Shown in pieces: positions 41,413 to 52,525 of a stretch of DNA of 64,000 nt (the first letter of the stretch is position 1; every line of letters starts with the position of its first letter). The notes beneath the pieces were generated by a model that worked only from the letters and a program-made list of their open reading frames with translations, was not told the DNA's origin and searched no databases. Origin of the DNA: an uncultured Chloroflexia bacterium (GTDB lineage: Bacteria; Chloroflexota; Anaerolineae; B4-G1; SLSP01); contig CAVVUS010000018.1 in the NCBI GenBank assembly GCA_963751345.1, positions 32,001 through 96,000 on the forward strand, in the 5' to 3' direction. The position numbers were made by a program, and so were the translations under genes.

Positions 41413-41440
41413 ATGACGCGAAGGTAACAGGGAAAGTTCC
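41413..41440 (-). promoter_or_regulatory. ECF-type promoter GGAACT-N16-CGTCAT
   Basis: Minus strand, upstream of the L,D-transpeptidase. Confidence 0.6.
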
Positions 41441-41487
41441 ATCTCCCGCCAAAACTCTCGCGAAAAGCTCTCTATAAGACTATTTTT

Positions 41488-41515
41488 ATCATAATTATAT
41501 TCGTAAATATGTCAA
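41488..41515 (-). promoter_or_regulatory. Sigma70 promoter TTGACA-N16-TATGAT in an AT-rich patch
   Basis: Minus strand, upstream of the L,D-transpeptidase. Confidence 0.55.
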
Positions 41516-41636
41516 GCGCTCGACGGGCAGTGGCTCATTCAAGGATCCGGCAAGGTGTGTATTGGTGCAGATCGGTGTAGAATCGACCGGATGAGTTGGC
41601 TGTGAGGTGTCCGGCTTCAGCGTTCCGGGAGGGGGC

Positions 41637-42762
41637 GTGTTCGTGAAAAGTGTTGGACTGATTGTGAACCCCATCGCCGGGATGGGAGGCAGCGTCGGGC
41701 TCAAGGGCACGGACGGGGAGATGGCCCGGCGCGCGCGAGAGCTCGGTGCGGAGCCGGTGACCCCTGACCGTACCCGCGCCTTCCTGGCGCGAATCGAGCA
41801 CCTCGGCGACGTCCGCTGGGTCGCCGCGCCGGGCGCAATGGGTGCCGACTATCTGGTCTCCTTGAGGCGTGACGCCTGGTGGTCGTGGGCGAGCTCGATC
41901 CGGACGGCGCGACGACGGCCGAGGACACCCGCCGCATCGCTGCCGCGATGGCCGATGCCGGTGTGGATCTGCTGGCCTTCGTCGGCGGGGATGGGACCGC
42001 GCGCGATATCTGCGATGCGGTCGACGCGCGCCTGCCCGTGGTCGCCGTCCCGGCGGGCGTCAAGGCCTACAGCGGTGCCTTTGCGCTCAGCCCCGGTGCC
42101 GCGGCCGCAATGGTGGACGCCTTCGTCGAGGGCGTCGACGTTACCGAGGTCGAGGTGCTGGACATCGACGAGGACGCCTTCCGCGAGGGGCGGCTGGCGG
42201 CGCGTTCCTACGGCTTCTTGCTCGCGCCCAACGTCCAATCGCAGATCCAGCCGGGCAAGGAGGGCGCTCATATGACCCCCGACGCACTGGAGAACAAGCG
42301 CGAGATCGCCGGCGGCCTTCGTCGAGCAGATGGACGACGACGTGCTCTATCTTCTCGGGCCGGGCACGACGGTGCGCGCCGTCGCCGACGCGCTTGGGTG
42401 TGGAGAAGACGCTGCTGGGCATCGACGCCGTCCTTGGCGGCGAGCGTGGTCGGGCGCGACCTCAACGAGCGCGGGATCCTGGCCCTGCTGGCGACCTACA
42501 TCCCCAGAGCGAGATCGTGGTGACGCCGTTGGGCGGCAACGGTTTCATCTTCGGGCGCGGCAACAAGCCCTTCACGCCGGCGGTGATCCGCCGCGTCGGG
42601 CTCGATCGGATCATGGTGATCGCGACCGAGGAGAAGGCGCGCCAGGTCGGCGTCCTGCGGGTGGACACCGGCGATCCGGCGCTCGATGCGCAGTTGAGCG
42701 GATATCGACAGGTGATGATCGGGTACGATATCGCCCGAGCGATGAAGGTCGTCGCGGTATAG
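41637..42762 (+). CDS. ATP-NAD kinase family protein (several frameshifts)
   Basis: GLIVNPIAGMGGSVGLKGTDG, GGDGTARD, PAGVK, LGPGTT, TPLGGNGFIFGRGN. Confidence 0.85.
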
Positions 42763-42791
42763 TCATAAGCGCTTCAACCATAGGAGGATCG

Positions 42792-44111
42792 ATGCCAGCC
42801 ACTTCCGAACGTCCGAACATTCTCTATCTGCATACCCACGACATCGGCCGGTACGTGCAGCCCTATGGCTACGCCGTGCCGACCCCGCATCTGCAGGCGC
42901 TCGCCGAGGAGGGCGTGCTCTTCCGCCAGGCGTTCTGCGCGAACCCCACCTGTTCGGCGAGCCGCGCGACGCTGCTGACCGGGATGTATCCCCACAACAA
43001 CGGCATGACCGGGCTGGCACACCGGGGATGGGCGCTTGAATGACTACAACCAGCACATCGTGCACACGCTGCGGGACGCCGGCTACGAGACGGTGCTGAC
43101 CGGCGTGCAGCACGTGGCCTCGCACCAAGAGGGGGAGCCGTGGCAGACGATCGGCTACGACAAGTGGCTTGGCGGCGAGAACCCGCACGACCGCGCCGTC
43201 GAGTACCTTGAGGTCGGACGCCCGCACAGCCCTTCTTCCTCTCCGTGGGCTTCGGCGACACACACCGCGAATACGGGCCGATCACCGACGCGGGCGATCC
43301 GCGCTATTGCCGTCCGCCCGAGCCGATTGCTGATACGCCTGAGACCCGCGAGGATATGGCGCACTTCATGACCAGCGCACGGGAGGTCGACGCCAAGATG
43401 GGCGCGGTCCTGGCGGCGCTCGATCGGACCGGGTTGGCCGAAAACACGCTCGTCATCTGCACGACCGACCACGGGGTGGCCTTCCCGCGGATGAAGTGCA
43501 CGCTCACCGACAGCGGGATCGGCATCATGTTGATCGTGCGGGGGCCAGGTGGCTTCAAGGGTGGGCGCGTGATCGACAGCATGGTCGGCCACATCGACCT
43601 CTTCCCCACCGTCTGCGATCTCCTGGGGATCGAGCCCCCGCCATGGCTGCAGGGTGTCTCGCTGATGCCCATGATCCGCGGCGAAGCCGAGGCCGTGCGC
43701 GACGAGATCTTCACCGAGGTGAACTACCACGCCGCCTACGAGCCGATGCGCTCGATCCGCACCAAGCGCTGGAAGTACATCCGCCGCTACGACGACCGCG
43801 ACGCGCCCGTGCTGCCCAACTGCGACGACAGCCCCAGCAAGACGCTCTGGCTCGACAACGGGTGGGCGGAGCTCGCGCCCGACAGGGAGGCGCTCTTCGA
43901 CCTTGTCTTCGATCCGAACGAAGCGCACAACCTGGTGGGCGACCCCAGGGCGGACGATGTCCTGTCGGACCTCCGCGCCCGGCTCGACCGGTGGATGGAG
44001 GCCACCGACGATCCCTTGCTCAAGGGCAGGATTCCCGCTCCGGCGGGGGCTGTCGTCAATGACCCGGATGGCCTCTCACCGCGGGAGGAGCCCCGGCTGG
44101 TCGCCGATTGA
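42792..44111 (+). CDS. Cys-type sulfatase (frameshifts near 43035 and 43215)
   Basis: PNILYL, CSASRATLLTG, TTDHG, IDLFPT, DPNEAHNL. Confidence 0.88.
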
Positions 44112-44812
44112 TGAAGCTGCTCATCTGGGACTTCGACGGCACGTTGGGCTATCGTGCCGGTGGCGCCTGGACGGCCTCGCTCTTGGAGGTCGTGCAGCGG
44201 GAAGTGCCGAACAGCCCCGTCACGCCGGATGATCTGTGGCCCTATACGCAGTCGGGCTTTCCGTGGCTCGAGCCGGAGGTATCCCATCCCCAGCTGACCT
44301 CGGCCGACGGCTGGTGGGCGGCCTTGGAGGAAATCTTCGAGGCCGCCTATCGTGGAGTCGGGTTCTCCGCCGTGCAGGCGCACGACCTGGCGCGGCAGGT
44401 ACGTGCCACTTATCTGGCACCGGATCGCTGGCGGCTCTATGACGATGTGGTTCCCACGCTTACAAGGCTGCGCAAGGACGGTTGGACCCACGCCATGCTC
44501 ACAAACCACGTCCCCGAGCTGCCCGAGATCGCCGTCCGGTTGGGGCTGGCGCACCACTTCGCCCGGATCTTCAACTCGGCCCAGACGGGGTATGAGAAGC
44601 CGCATCCGCAGGCCTTCCGGCAGGTATTGGAGGCCTTCGCGGGCGCCGGCCCGCGCTGGATGATCGGTGACAGTTACAACGCCGACATCCTCGGCGCTAC
44701 GGCTGCCGGCATCCCGGCAGTGCTCGTCCGTCGCCATCACTCCGACGTAGAGCACTTCGTCGAGACGCTCGACGAGTTGCCTCGCATCATCGCAGGAGGA
44801 GAACTCTCGTGA
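44111..44812 (+). CDS. HAD family hydrolase
   Basis: WDFDGTL, EKPHPQAF, MIGDSYNADI. Confidence 0.88.
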   Translation: MKLLIWDFDGTLGYRAGGAWTASLLEVVQREVPNSPVTPDDLWPYTQSGFPWLEPEVSHPQLTSADGWWAALEEIFEAAYRGVGFSAVQAHDLARQVRATYLAPDRWRLYDDVVPTLTRLRKDGWTHAMLTNHVPELPEIAVRLGLAHHFARIFNSAQTGYEKPHPQAFRQVLEAFAGAGPRWMIGDSYNADILGATAAGIPAVLVRRHHSDVEHFVETLDELPRIIAGGELS

Positions 44813-46035
44813 CCGTCAAAGACTTCGCCATTCTGCGTGACTTGGCCGAGCGTTACATCGAGATCGCTGCCGACCCCGTGATGGATGTGCGGCGAGATCT
44901 CTGGCGGCGTCACAACAGCCTCAAGCGGACGCGTCCGCTCATCTACGTGCGCGCCTTCGCCTGGCAGGAGATGCCTGAGTCGCGGCTCCATTGCGATGAT
45001 CCCTTCTATCGCGGCTACGAGGATTTCTTTCGCCAGAGTCTCTTCCGCTACACCTTCAACGATGACTTCATCTTCGAGCCGTGGGTGACCGTGCGCGCGG
45101 CGTGCGTCACACCTCCCGAAGGCGTCTGGGGGTTGGCCTCGCCGCGCACGCACAGCGCCGAACCGCGGGGCTCCTTCGTCTGGGATCCGCCGATCAAGGC
45201 GGAGGCCGACATCGACCGGCTGATCGAGCCGCATCACGTCATCGATGAGGCCGAGACGGCGCGCCGGGTGGAGAAGCTAGACGATGCCATCGGCGACCTC
45301 GTCACCATTGACGTCGACCGGCAGCCCGCGTACGTCATGTGGGATGGCGACATCTCGACCCAGCTTGCTTACTTGCGCGGGCTCGAGCAGATCATGTGGG
45401 ATATGATGGACCGTCCCGTATGGCTGCACCGGCTGCTTACGCGGATGCGCGATGGGATCCTCCGCACCCACGAGGAGGCGGAGCGCGTGGGCGATTGGTC
45501 GCTGAGCTCGCACCAGAACCAGGCGATGCCGTACGCCGAGGAGTTGCCGAGTCCTGCGCCCAACAGCGATCCCGTCCACCGCGACCAGCTCTGGATCTTC
45601 GTCGCCTCTCAGGAGACCACGGCGGTAGGTCCCAAGCAGTTCGACGAGTTCATGCTGCAGTACCAGATTCCGATCATGGCACCCTTTGGCTTGGCGGCCT
45701 ACGGCTGCTGCGAGGACCTGACGCGCAAGATCGACGTCCTCCGCCAGATCCCCAACCTCCGCCGCATCGCCGTCTCCCCGATGGCGGACGTCGCGAAGTG
45801 CGCCGAGCAAATCGGCCAGGACTATGTCCTTAGCTATCGTCCGAGCCCCACGGACATGGTCGGCTACGGCTTCGACCCGGCCAAGGCCCGTGATATGCTG
45901 ATGCGCGACCTCGACGCCTGCGGCGACTGCCACGTCGACATCACGCTCAAGGACGTGGAGACGGTCCAGGGCGACCGGGAGCGGATCCGCCGCTGGACCG
46001 AGGTCACGCGGGAGGTGATTGCGCGGCGAGGGTGA
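44809..46035 (+). CDS. Uroporphyrinogen decarboxylase/MtaA-like superfamily protein
   Basis: LRGLEQIMWDMMDRP..LH, YGCCEDL, ITLKDVETV. Confidence 0.65.
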   Translation: MTVKDFAILRDLAERYIEIAADPVMDVRRDLWRRHNSLKRTRPLIYVRAFAWQEMPESRLHCDDPFYRGYEDFFRQSLFRYTFNDDFIFEPWVTVRAACVTPPEGVWGLASPRTHSAEPRGSFVWDPPIKAEADIDRLIEPHHVIDEAETARRVEKLDDAIGDLVTIDVDRQPAYVMWDGDISTQLAYLRGLEQIMWDMMDRPVWLHRLLTRMRDGILRTHEEAERVGDWSLSSHQNQAMPYAEELPSPAPNSDPVHRDQLWIFVASQETTAVGPKQFDEFMLQYQIPIMAPFGLAAYGCCEDLTRKIDVLRQIPNLRRIAVSPMADVAKCAEQIGQDYVLSYRPSPTDMVGYGFDPAKARDMLMRDLDACGDCHVDITLKDVETVQGDRERIRRWTEVTREVIARRG

Positions 46036-46078
46036 CAATTGACCGGACGTGCATCAAAAGGACTGAGCTGAACGGCTC

Positions 46079-46115
46079 TTGACTTATACGTACGTATAGT
46101 GTAGATTTGTACGTA
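46079..46115 (+). promoter_or_regulatory. TA promoter with palindromic operator
   Basis: TTGACT-N17-TAGATT; perfect palindrome TATACGTACGTATA at 46085-46098, extra TACGTA at 46110. Confidence 0.7.
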
Positions 46116-46129
46116 TTAGGAGGACGCCA

Positions 46130-46381
46130 ATGGACGCAAAGCTGACGCTAAAACTGGATGAGGATGTCATCGAGCAGGCCAAGGCGTATGCTCGTGATCA
46201 TCAGGAGAGCCTTTCGTCGCTGGTTGAGCGGTATTTTCGCCTTCTCGTCGATCAGGGCCAGGGGCCAGCAGACTTGGAGATTTCCTCGACGGTCTGGGAG
46301 CTATCCGGCATCATCCGGCTTGACGAAGCGGATGATAGGCGTGAGGCTTACACCGACTATCTTCTTGAGAAGTACAGCTAA
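46130..46381 (+). CDS. DUF6364-like ribbon-helix-helix antitoxin
   Basis: MDAKLTLKLDEDVIEQAKAYA..SLSSLVERYF..YLLEKY; overlaps the PIN gene. Confidence 0.85.
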   Translation: MDAKLTLKLDEDVIEQAKAYARDHQESLSSLVERYFRLLVDQGQGPADLEISSTVWELSGIIRLDEADDRREAYTDYLLEKYS

Positions 46382-46818
46382 TGTCCCCGGTCTTCCTCGA
46401 CGCCGACGTCATCCTGGACGTGCTTGCCGAGCGGCATCCCTTCTATACCCCTGCGGCAAGGTTGATGACGTTGATCGAGGCACAGGAGACCGCAGGCTAT
46501 ACGTCCTCGCTGATCTTCGCCAACCTCTATTACATCCTGCGGAGACTTCGCGATCGGGAGACCGCCCTGGCCTCTCTGCGGCGCCTGCACACGCTGTTAG
46601 GCATTTTACCCGTCGATGATCGCTGCATCGCGTTTGCTCTCGACTCGCCCTTTGTCGACTTCGAGGACGCGATCCAATACTACACAGCCTTTCAGCACGA
46701 GATAGGATATCTGGTCACTCGAAACGTGAAGGACTATCGGCAGGCTGACGATAGCGCGGTGACGGTGTGCACGGCAGAGGACTATCTAGGCTTGTGGCTT
46801 GTCAGTAGGTCTCTCTGA
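46381..46818 (+). CDS. vapC: PIN domain toxin (VapC-like)
   Basis: FLDADVILD, DFEDAIQY, VTRNVKDY. Confidence 0.85.
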   Translation: MSPVFLDADVILDVLAERHPFYTPAARLMTLIEAQETAGYTSSLIFANLYYILRRLRDRETALASLRRLHTLLGILPVDDRCIAFALDSPFVDFEDAIQYYTAFQHEIGYLVTRNVKDYRQADDSAVTVCTAEDYLGLWLVSRSL

Positions 46819-46854
46819 ATCCCCGTACGTCTCGCCTGGATGATATGATGGCTA

Positions 46855-48315
46855 CTACGGGTACGGCGAACTGCTACGTCGACGACGAATGCGGCAGTCG
46901 TATACCGCGTGCAGGTCGGATTCGACGGCGTTGGCCACGTGTGCGTCGAGGAGGGCCTCGAGACGAGACCGTACTGCCTGATACGCGGGATCGGCGGCGA
47001 CGTTGGTGCTCTCAAGCGGATCGCTGCGGACGTCATAGAGCGCGACATCCACCTCCGCGGGCTCTGGCGCACGCCCATTGACGCGGACGGTCCGGTCCAG
47101 CCGGTAATCAGCCGTCCGTACGCACGCTCGCCGCGGCCAACCGCCCGTCCCCGGATAGTTGCCCACTCTCAGGTTGGGGAAGGCGCGGCTTGGACGCTCC
47201 CCAAAGCCTATCGTCGCGTAGACGGCCTCAGGCGGCGCGTCTCTGAACAGATCCCTGCCCCGGAAGCTGTCTGGCGCCTCAATGCCACAGAGCCCGAAGA
47301 GCGTCCGTGCCAGGTCCAGGCTCTCGGACAGATCCTCGCGCCGGACGCCGGCGGGCAGTGTGTTCCGCCACTGAATCAACCGCGGCACCCGGTGGACCTG
47401 TGGTGCGAAGATGTGCTTTGCCCACCATCCATTCTCTCCCAGCGACGCGCCGTGATCGGCGTCAAAGACGATGATGGTGTCCTCCGTCAGCCCGGCGCGG
47501 TCAAGGTAGTCCAGCACCCGGCCCACCTGACCGTCGATCCAGGCCACGAGCCCATAGTAGTAGGACTGGGCAAGCTGAATCTCCCTCGGGCTGAGATTGT
47601 CTGCTTTGAGGACACCGGCGAAGGCAGCCTCAAACTCGCTTGTGCTCCCCGCCGGTGTTGGGTTGTGCCCTGGTTCGCGACGGTCCGGGAACGCCTCCGG
47701 ATCGTACAGCGTGTCGAAGGGCGGGGGCGGGAAGACGGGTGTGTGGGGCTCCAGGAAGCTGAGGCGCACCAGGAAGGGCCGATCCGCCTGCGCCATCCAG
47801 GCCAGGGCGTTGTCGACCAGCACCGTGTGGGGATAGGGCACACCCGGGGGGAAGGCGCCACCCAGATAGGTGGGCACGCCCTCAGGCACGATCAGGCTGG
47901 GATCGTCCCGGGGGACGATGGCGAAGAGATCGTCCATCCCAGACCCGTCCGAGTCGCAGACGTCCCAGCGGTTCATCTCCGGCGGAACGTGCCACTTCCC
48001 GAAGTTGGCAGTGGTGTAGCCGTTTTCCGCGAAGACCTGTGGGAACGTGATGACCTCGGTAGGCATCCTGTAGCCGCGCCACGCGCCCTCGTTATGATAG
48101 ACGCCGGTCTCCTCAGGGGGACGTGCTGTCAGAGTCGAGACCCGCGATGGCACACATACCGGTGAGTTGCAGAAGCACTCCTCAAAGAGCGTCCCGTTTT
48201 CGGCGAGCGAATCGAGATAGGGGGTCTGCGGCTGAATCAAGGGGTGCCCGTAGCAGCCCAGCGCATCGGTCCGCAGTTCGTCACAATAGATCCATACGAT
48301 GTTGGGTTTGTTCAT
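46855..48315 (-). CDS. Cys-type sulfatase
   Basis: KPNIVWI, SPVCVPSR, FGKWH, EPHTP, ADHG. Confidence 0.9.
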   Translation of the reverse strand: MNKPNIVWIYCDELRTDALGCYGHPLIQPQTPYLDSLAENGTLFEECFCNSPVCVPSRVSTLTARPPEETGVYHNEGAWRGYRMPTEVITFPQVFAENGYTTANFGKWHVPPEMNRWDVCDSDGSGMDDLFAIVPRDDPSLIVPEGVPTYLGGAFPPGVPYPHTVLVDNALAWMAQADRPFLVRLSFLEPHTPVFPPPPFDTLYDPEAFPDRREPGHNPTPAGSTSEFEAAFAGVLKADNLSPREIQLAQSYYYGLVAWIDGQVGRVLDYLDRAGLTEDTIIVFDADHGASLGENGWWAKHIFAPQVHRVPRLIQWRNTLPAGVRREDLSESLDLARTLFGLCGIEAPDSFRGRDLFRDAPPEAVYATIGFGERPSRAFPNLRVGNYPGTGGWPRRACVRTADYRLDRTVRVNGRAPEPAEVDVALYDVRSDPLESTNVAADPAYQAVRSRLEALLDAHVANAVESDLHAVYDCRIRRRRSSSPYP

Positions 48316-48365
48316 ACGTCCTCGTCAAAAGATGTTGTCACAGAGATGGGGGTCGCCCTATACGC

Positions 48366-48980
48366 TCACGGGGACGGCACAGCCCGGAACGGCGCCACCT
48401 TGAGTTGGCTGAGTACGTCATCCCGCAGAGCCTCCGGAAGACCTGCCGCTGAGATCCCCTGCTGGACGAAGTCCAGATCGCAACCCTGCGTCTGCATGAA
48501 CTCGATTAGGGGGCGATAGCGGTCGGGGCGATTGCGGTACAGCTCGGTGATCAGCCGAAGCTCAAGCGCTACGGTGGGTACGCTGTAGCGACCACAGGGG
48601 ATCAGCACGTAGTGCTCCCAAGGGCCACGCCCGAAGGTCTCAATCGTGTCCGCATCGGAGTCGATCTCCACCGTGCTGAGTTCTACCTCTACACCTTGCA
48701 CGTCATAGCCGGCGTAGTACTGGCGCGAATCGGGGAGCCAGACGGGCGGCACCAGGCAGGGATACGCCGAGAGCGTGGCATCGAGCGCGTCCACGTCGGC
48801 GCGCTCCTTCACCAGGATGTCGATGTCAGCCGCGGGAAGCGGCACGCCGTGCAACAGCGCCGCCCCGGTGCCGACTACACGGTAGACCACGTGCGCGCAG
48901 GTGGGCATGGTGGCGTCGAGGAAGGCGATTAACGTCTCCCGGAGTCGTTCGAGGCTCAGTGTCGGTTCCGGATGTTCCAT
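48366..48980 (-). CDS. Nucleotidyltransferase-fold hypothetical protein
   Basis: YRVVGTGAALLHG..ADIDIL motif. Confidence 0.6.
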   Translation of the reverse strand: MEHPEPTLSLERLRETLIAFLDATMPTCAHVVYRVVGTGAALLHGVPLPAADIDILVKERADVDALDATLSAYPCLVPPVWLPDSRQYYAGYDVQGVEVELSTVEIDSDADTIETFGRGPWEHYVLIPCGRYSVPTVALELRLITELYRNRPDRYRPLIEFMQTQGCDLDFVQQGISAAGLPEALRDDVLSQLKVAPFRAVPSP

Positions 48981-49013
48981 TTCAGACCTCCTCAAATGCC
49001 GACATAGACGCGA

Positions 49014-51035
49014 TCACGGCGTGCGCCGCGGGAGATTTCCTTGGTCCGTGGCCGTCCGTAGTCTCAGGATGAGCGGCGTCAGCGTCGGGGCGCTCACCTC
49101 GCAGTGCAGGCTTCCATCCTCGAAACTGAATCCAACCGGGGCCCAGGTGCCGTCCGGCAACAGGCGTTCGACCTCGCGTACGGGCGCTCCCGGAAACCGG
49201 ACGGTGAGCCCCTCCAACGTATCGGGGTTGAGGTTGAAGACGCAGAGGTATGCCCGCCCCGCGTCGGATGTATCCCGCCCGTGGAGGACAAAGACGTCGA
49301 GGTCCGTCTCCACCCAGACGGGCGGGCGCCCTTCTGCCAGCCAGGTGAGCGTCTCGATGAGCTGGGTCTTGCGCTTGGCGTTGTAGAAGATCCACTCCAG
49401 CGGCGCCTGCATCGAGAGCCCATAGACCGCGACGCGCCCGCCGAGCGCGTTCTCGTACCAGGTCAGCCCGGGCGCGACCGGAGCGAGCGCCCCGACGGTC
49501 CCCGTCACAAAGCTGGAGACAACGCGGGTGTCGACCGACTTGGGCGTCAGGCGGTAGCGCCCGGAGCCGGTCATGCCGACCGTCTGCTCCCGCGAGCGCG
49601 TCGACTCCGGGATCATGTGCAATATCTCGGCGGTGCAGGCGAAGGGAGCGTCGTCGACCGTCACGCCGAGGAGGTCGCCGAATCCGCGTTGACCCAGAAG
49701 CCAAGCCGCCTCCCCGTCGAGCAGCAATGAGCCGGCGAGCAGGTCGCGCAGTTCGTCATCGTCAAAGGCGTACGACGCGGTGCGGCAGAGCGCTCGCGGC
49801 GCGTCCGGCAGACCCGTGCCCGCGAGGTCCTCGCCGCTCCCGACCGTGAAGGGGATGCCCAGCCTACCGAAGACGCGCCACCCCCAGTCATCAGTGGGGA
49901 AGTCGAGCGCTCTCTGCTGATCCCACGGCTTCTGTACGATCTCCTCGATGCGTCCCAACACCTGCGGCCCGAGCCACGTCACGTGATCCCTGATTCGCCC
50001 GACCTCGTCGAGGAAGGGCCGCGCCCGCTTGAGCGCGTCCATAAACGGCATCGTCTCGCGCCAGCCGTCCTCATCGGTCTTGATAAACCAATACTTGCCG
50101 CCCCGGCATCCCACCAGCGTCGTCGCCGTGAGGTGTGCCAAGTGTGAGCGGACCGAGAGGCTGTGGCGGTTGTGGGGGCACGTGTCGGCCTCGGTGAGCA
50201 CGGTGGTGGCGGGGGATAGCGCCGCGATCTCGCGCTGCGTGCGGGTGACGCGTTCGGGGAAGTCCTTGAGCCCGTGCTCCAGGTAGATCGCGTTGTGGAC
50301 CCGCACCAGCGGCGGGTGATCGCTCGCGAGCGTCTCGGCGATGTCCTGAGCGAAGTGCACCTCTGCCGCGACGCAGGCCAGCGAACCGGGGATCGAGGGA
50401 TCGACGACGTCGACCGCGGCGCGGATCACACCGGCGAGTTCGACGAGGCTCCGGCGCTTTAGCTCCTCCCATTGTGTCCGCAGCGCCGTATCCCCGGCTG
50501 CAAAGCGGGCCACCAGCGCCTCGCGGGACAGATCGAGTCCCGTCATCTCCACAAAACGCGCCAGGTGGAGCGGGCACATACAGCCTCGATGGGCCGGGTC
50601 GTGCGACGCGAGGCGGAAGTCGTCGTCGATCATAAAGAACGCCGGTGCCTCGCGGGCCAGCGTCGTCATCAGCGTCGTGGTATAGGCCTGAAAGTCGGGG
50701 TCGAGCGGACAGAAGCTCTCGCGGGACACGACACCGTCGGCACCGACGAGGGGCTGGAAGGGTACCTCCCCGGCAAGACGACCGCGGTCACCGTGGCCGA
50801 TCAGCGCCTGGATCAGCAGACCGGCCCGCGCGGGCGTCCCCTCCAGCCCCACCTTGAGCAACCGGAAGCGATGCACCCAGTCGCGCAGGCGGTCCGCGAG
50901 CGGCTCCTCGTTGGGCACCGCCGTGACCATAAAGGCGAGGTCGCGGGCGCCGGTCTGGGCGACGAGATCCCGGATGCGCGCGATGGAGGCTGCTTCGTCG
51001 CCCGGCGCTACGTCTACGATGAAGATGTCGTGCAT
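49014..51035 (-). CDS. Hypothetical protein, probable glycoside-hydrolase-like TIM barrel with a glutamine-amidotransferase-like C-terminal domain
   Basis: FCPLDPDF, MIDDDFRL..GCMCPLHL, LLDGEAA, YENALGGRVAV. Confidence 0.55.
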   Translation of the reverse strand: MHDIFIVDVAPGDEAASIARIRDLVAQTGARDLAFMVTAVPNEEPLADRLRDWVHRFRLLKVGLEGTPARAGLLIQALIGHGDRGRLAGEVPFQPLVGADGVVSRESFCPLDPDFQAYTTTLMTTLAREAPAFFMIDDDFRLASHDPAHRGCMCPLHLARFVEMTGLDLSREALVARFAAGDTALRTQWEELKRRSLVELAGVIRAAVDVVDPSIPGSLACVAAEVHFAQDIAETLASDHPPLVRVHNAIYLEHGLKDFPERVTRTQREIAALSPATTVLTEADTCPHNRHSLSVRSHLAHLTATTLVGCRGGKYWFIKTDEDGWRETMPFMDALKRARPFLDEVGRIRDHVTWLGPQVLGRIEEIVQKPWDQQRALDFPTDDWGWRVFGRLGIPFTVGSGEDLAGTGLPDAPRALCRTASYAFDDDELRDLLAGSLLLDGEAAWLLGQRGFGDLLGVTVDDAPFACTAEILHMIPESTRSREQTVGMTGSGRYRLTPKSVDTRVVSSFVTGTVGALAPVAPGLTWYENALGGRVAVYGLSMQAPLEWIFYNAKRKTQLIETLTWLAEGRPPVWVETDLDVFVLHGRDTSDAGRAYLCVFNLNPDTLEGLTVRFPGAPVREVERLLPDGTWAPVGFSFEDGSLHCEVSAPTLTPLILRLRTATDQGNLPRRTP

Positions 51036-51089
51036 AGGATTTGTCCTATCCGTTGTGTTTTGGCGCGATATTACGGCTTTGAGGCGTAG

Positions 51090-52525
51090 TTAGCGTTCGT
51101 GGTGTAGGACCACGCCCTGCCGCCGTAGCTCGGCCTGCACCTCCGCGACGTCGACCGCGCGCGGGGTGACGTGGTGCCGGGACGCGATGGCCGCAGCCGC
51201 GCCTGCGCCCTGGCCGACCACCATCGTCAGCGCCATGACGCGGAGAAGGTAGGGATCCTCCGCGCTGAGGCTCCGGCCCGCGCCCATCGAGCAGTCCCTC
51301 GACCTGGCGTGGCAGGAGACAGCGGTAGGGGACGTCGAAGGTGGCGTCGGTGAAGGTCTGGACGCCCCACGCTCGCTCTCCCCGGTGTTTCCGCACGTCG
51401 CGCTCGACCACGCCCCGCCCCACGGCATCGTCGAACGTCGTGGGGTGTTCTCTCATCGCGCGGGTGAAGGTGAACTCGCCGTCGATCCAGCGTGAGGCCC
51501 GGATGCCCAGGTCGTCGGCGGTGGCGACGACGAACGCGCGGTCGAACCCCGGCACGTGGCCGCGGAAGAAGTCGGCGACGACGTAGGCCATGCGCCGCCC
51601 GTCGACCATCGACCGGGTGATCGTCTCGATATCCAGGTCGTCGAAGTGGGCGAACCCGGTGATCAGGTGGACCACGCCCTTGTCCCGCAGCGCGTGCATC
51701 TGGCAGGCATCGAGCGTGTCGTGCACGCCGACCACCTCCGGGTACTCACCCTTCGCGCGTGCCGCCTTGAAGATGTCCATCTGCATCGCGCCGCCGTGCG
51801 GGAAGAGGAACGTGCCGGTGTCGCGATACTGGGCCAGCGCCTCCTCGAACGTCCAATCGACGTCCATGTAGGCGGGGTACTGGTCGGGATGGTCGAACGA
51901 AATACTCGACGAGGCGGTCGACGTCGACGTTGCCCAGGCGGAAGCAGAAACTGTGACCTGCCCCCGGTGCACGGGTATGGATCGGCGCGCCGGCCCGTGC
52001 CGCGACGTCGGCATCGCCCGTCGCATCCACGACCACGTCGGCCAGGAGCGCCTCGCGCCCGGACTTGCTCTCGACGATCACGCCGCGGAGCGTGTCGCCG
52101 TCCATCACGACGTCGGAGACGACGGTGTCGTAGAGGATCTGCGCGCCGGCCTCTTGCACCAGTCTGCTGAACACCAGCTTGGCTTGCTCGACGTCGTAGA
52201 TGATGTGGCCCTTGTGGGCGTGCCACTTCTTGCCGTAGCCCTCGGCCTCGGCCAATGCATCGGCGATCTCGACGGCGTTGCCCGTGATGCCCAGCCGGTG
52301 GTCGGCGGTGTAGTAGCAGTTGAAGATGGAGCAGACCATGCCCGCGGTCGCCACACCTCCGAGAAAGCCGTTGCGCTCGATGAGCAGCGTCTTTGCCCCG
52401 GCGCGCGCGGCGGCGATGGCGGCGGAGATCCCGCCGAGCCCGCCGCCGGCGATGATGACGTCCACTTTGTCGCGTACAGGGATATCCCGTGCCGGTTCCG
52501 ATAGGGTTCGCGAGTTAGGGTGCAT
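51090..52525 (-). CDS. FAD-dependent oxidoreductase (PF12831-like; frameshifts near 51900 and 51290)
   Basis: DVIIAGGGLGGISAA, VDATGDAD, VPYRCLLP, AGRSLS, GQGAGAAA. Confidence 0.85.

Noticed and set aside
41450-41520. AT-rich patch as a replication origin or att site
   Set aside because: No DnaA boxes, integrase or flanking direct repeats; it is explained by a divergent promoter region.
46909-48165. Long antisense or alternative-frame ORFs (also 19696-21000, 26617-27774, 40389-41477, 17741-18925)
   Set aside because: Shadow ORFs of real genes, expected at high GC; no recognisable motifs.
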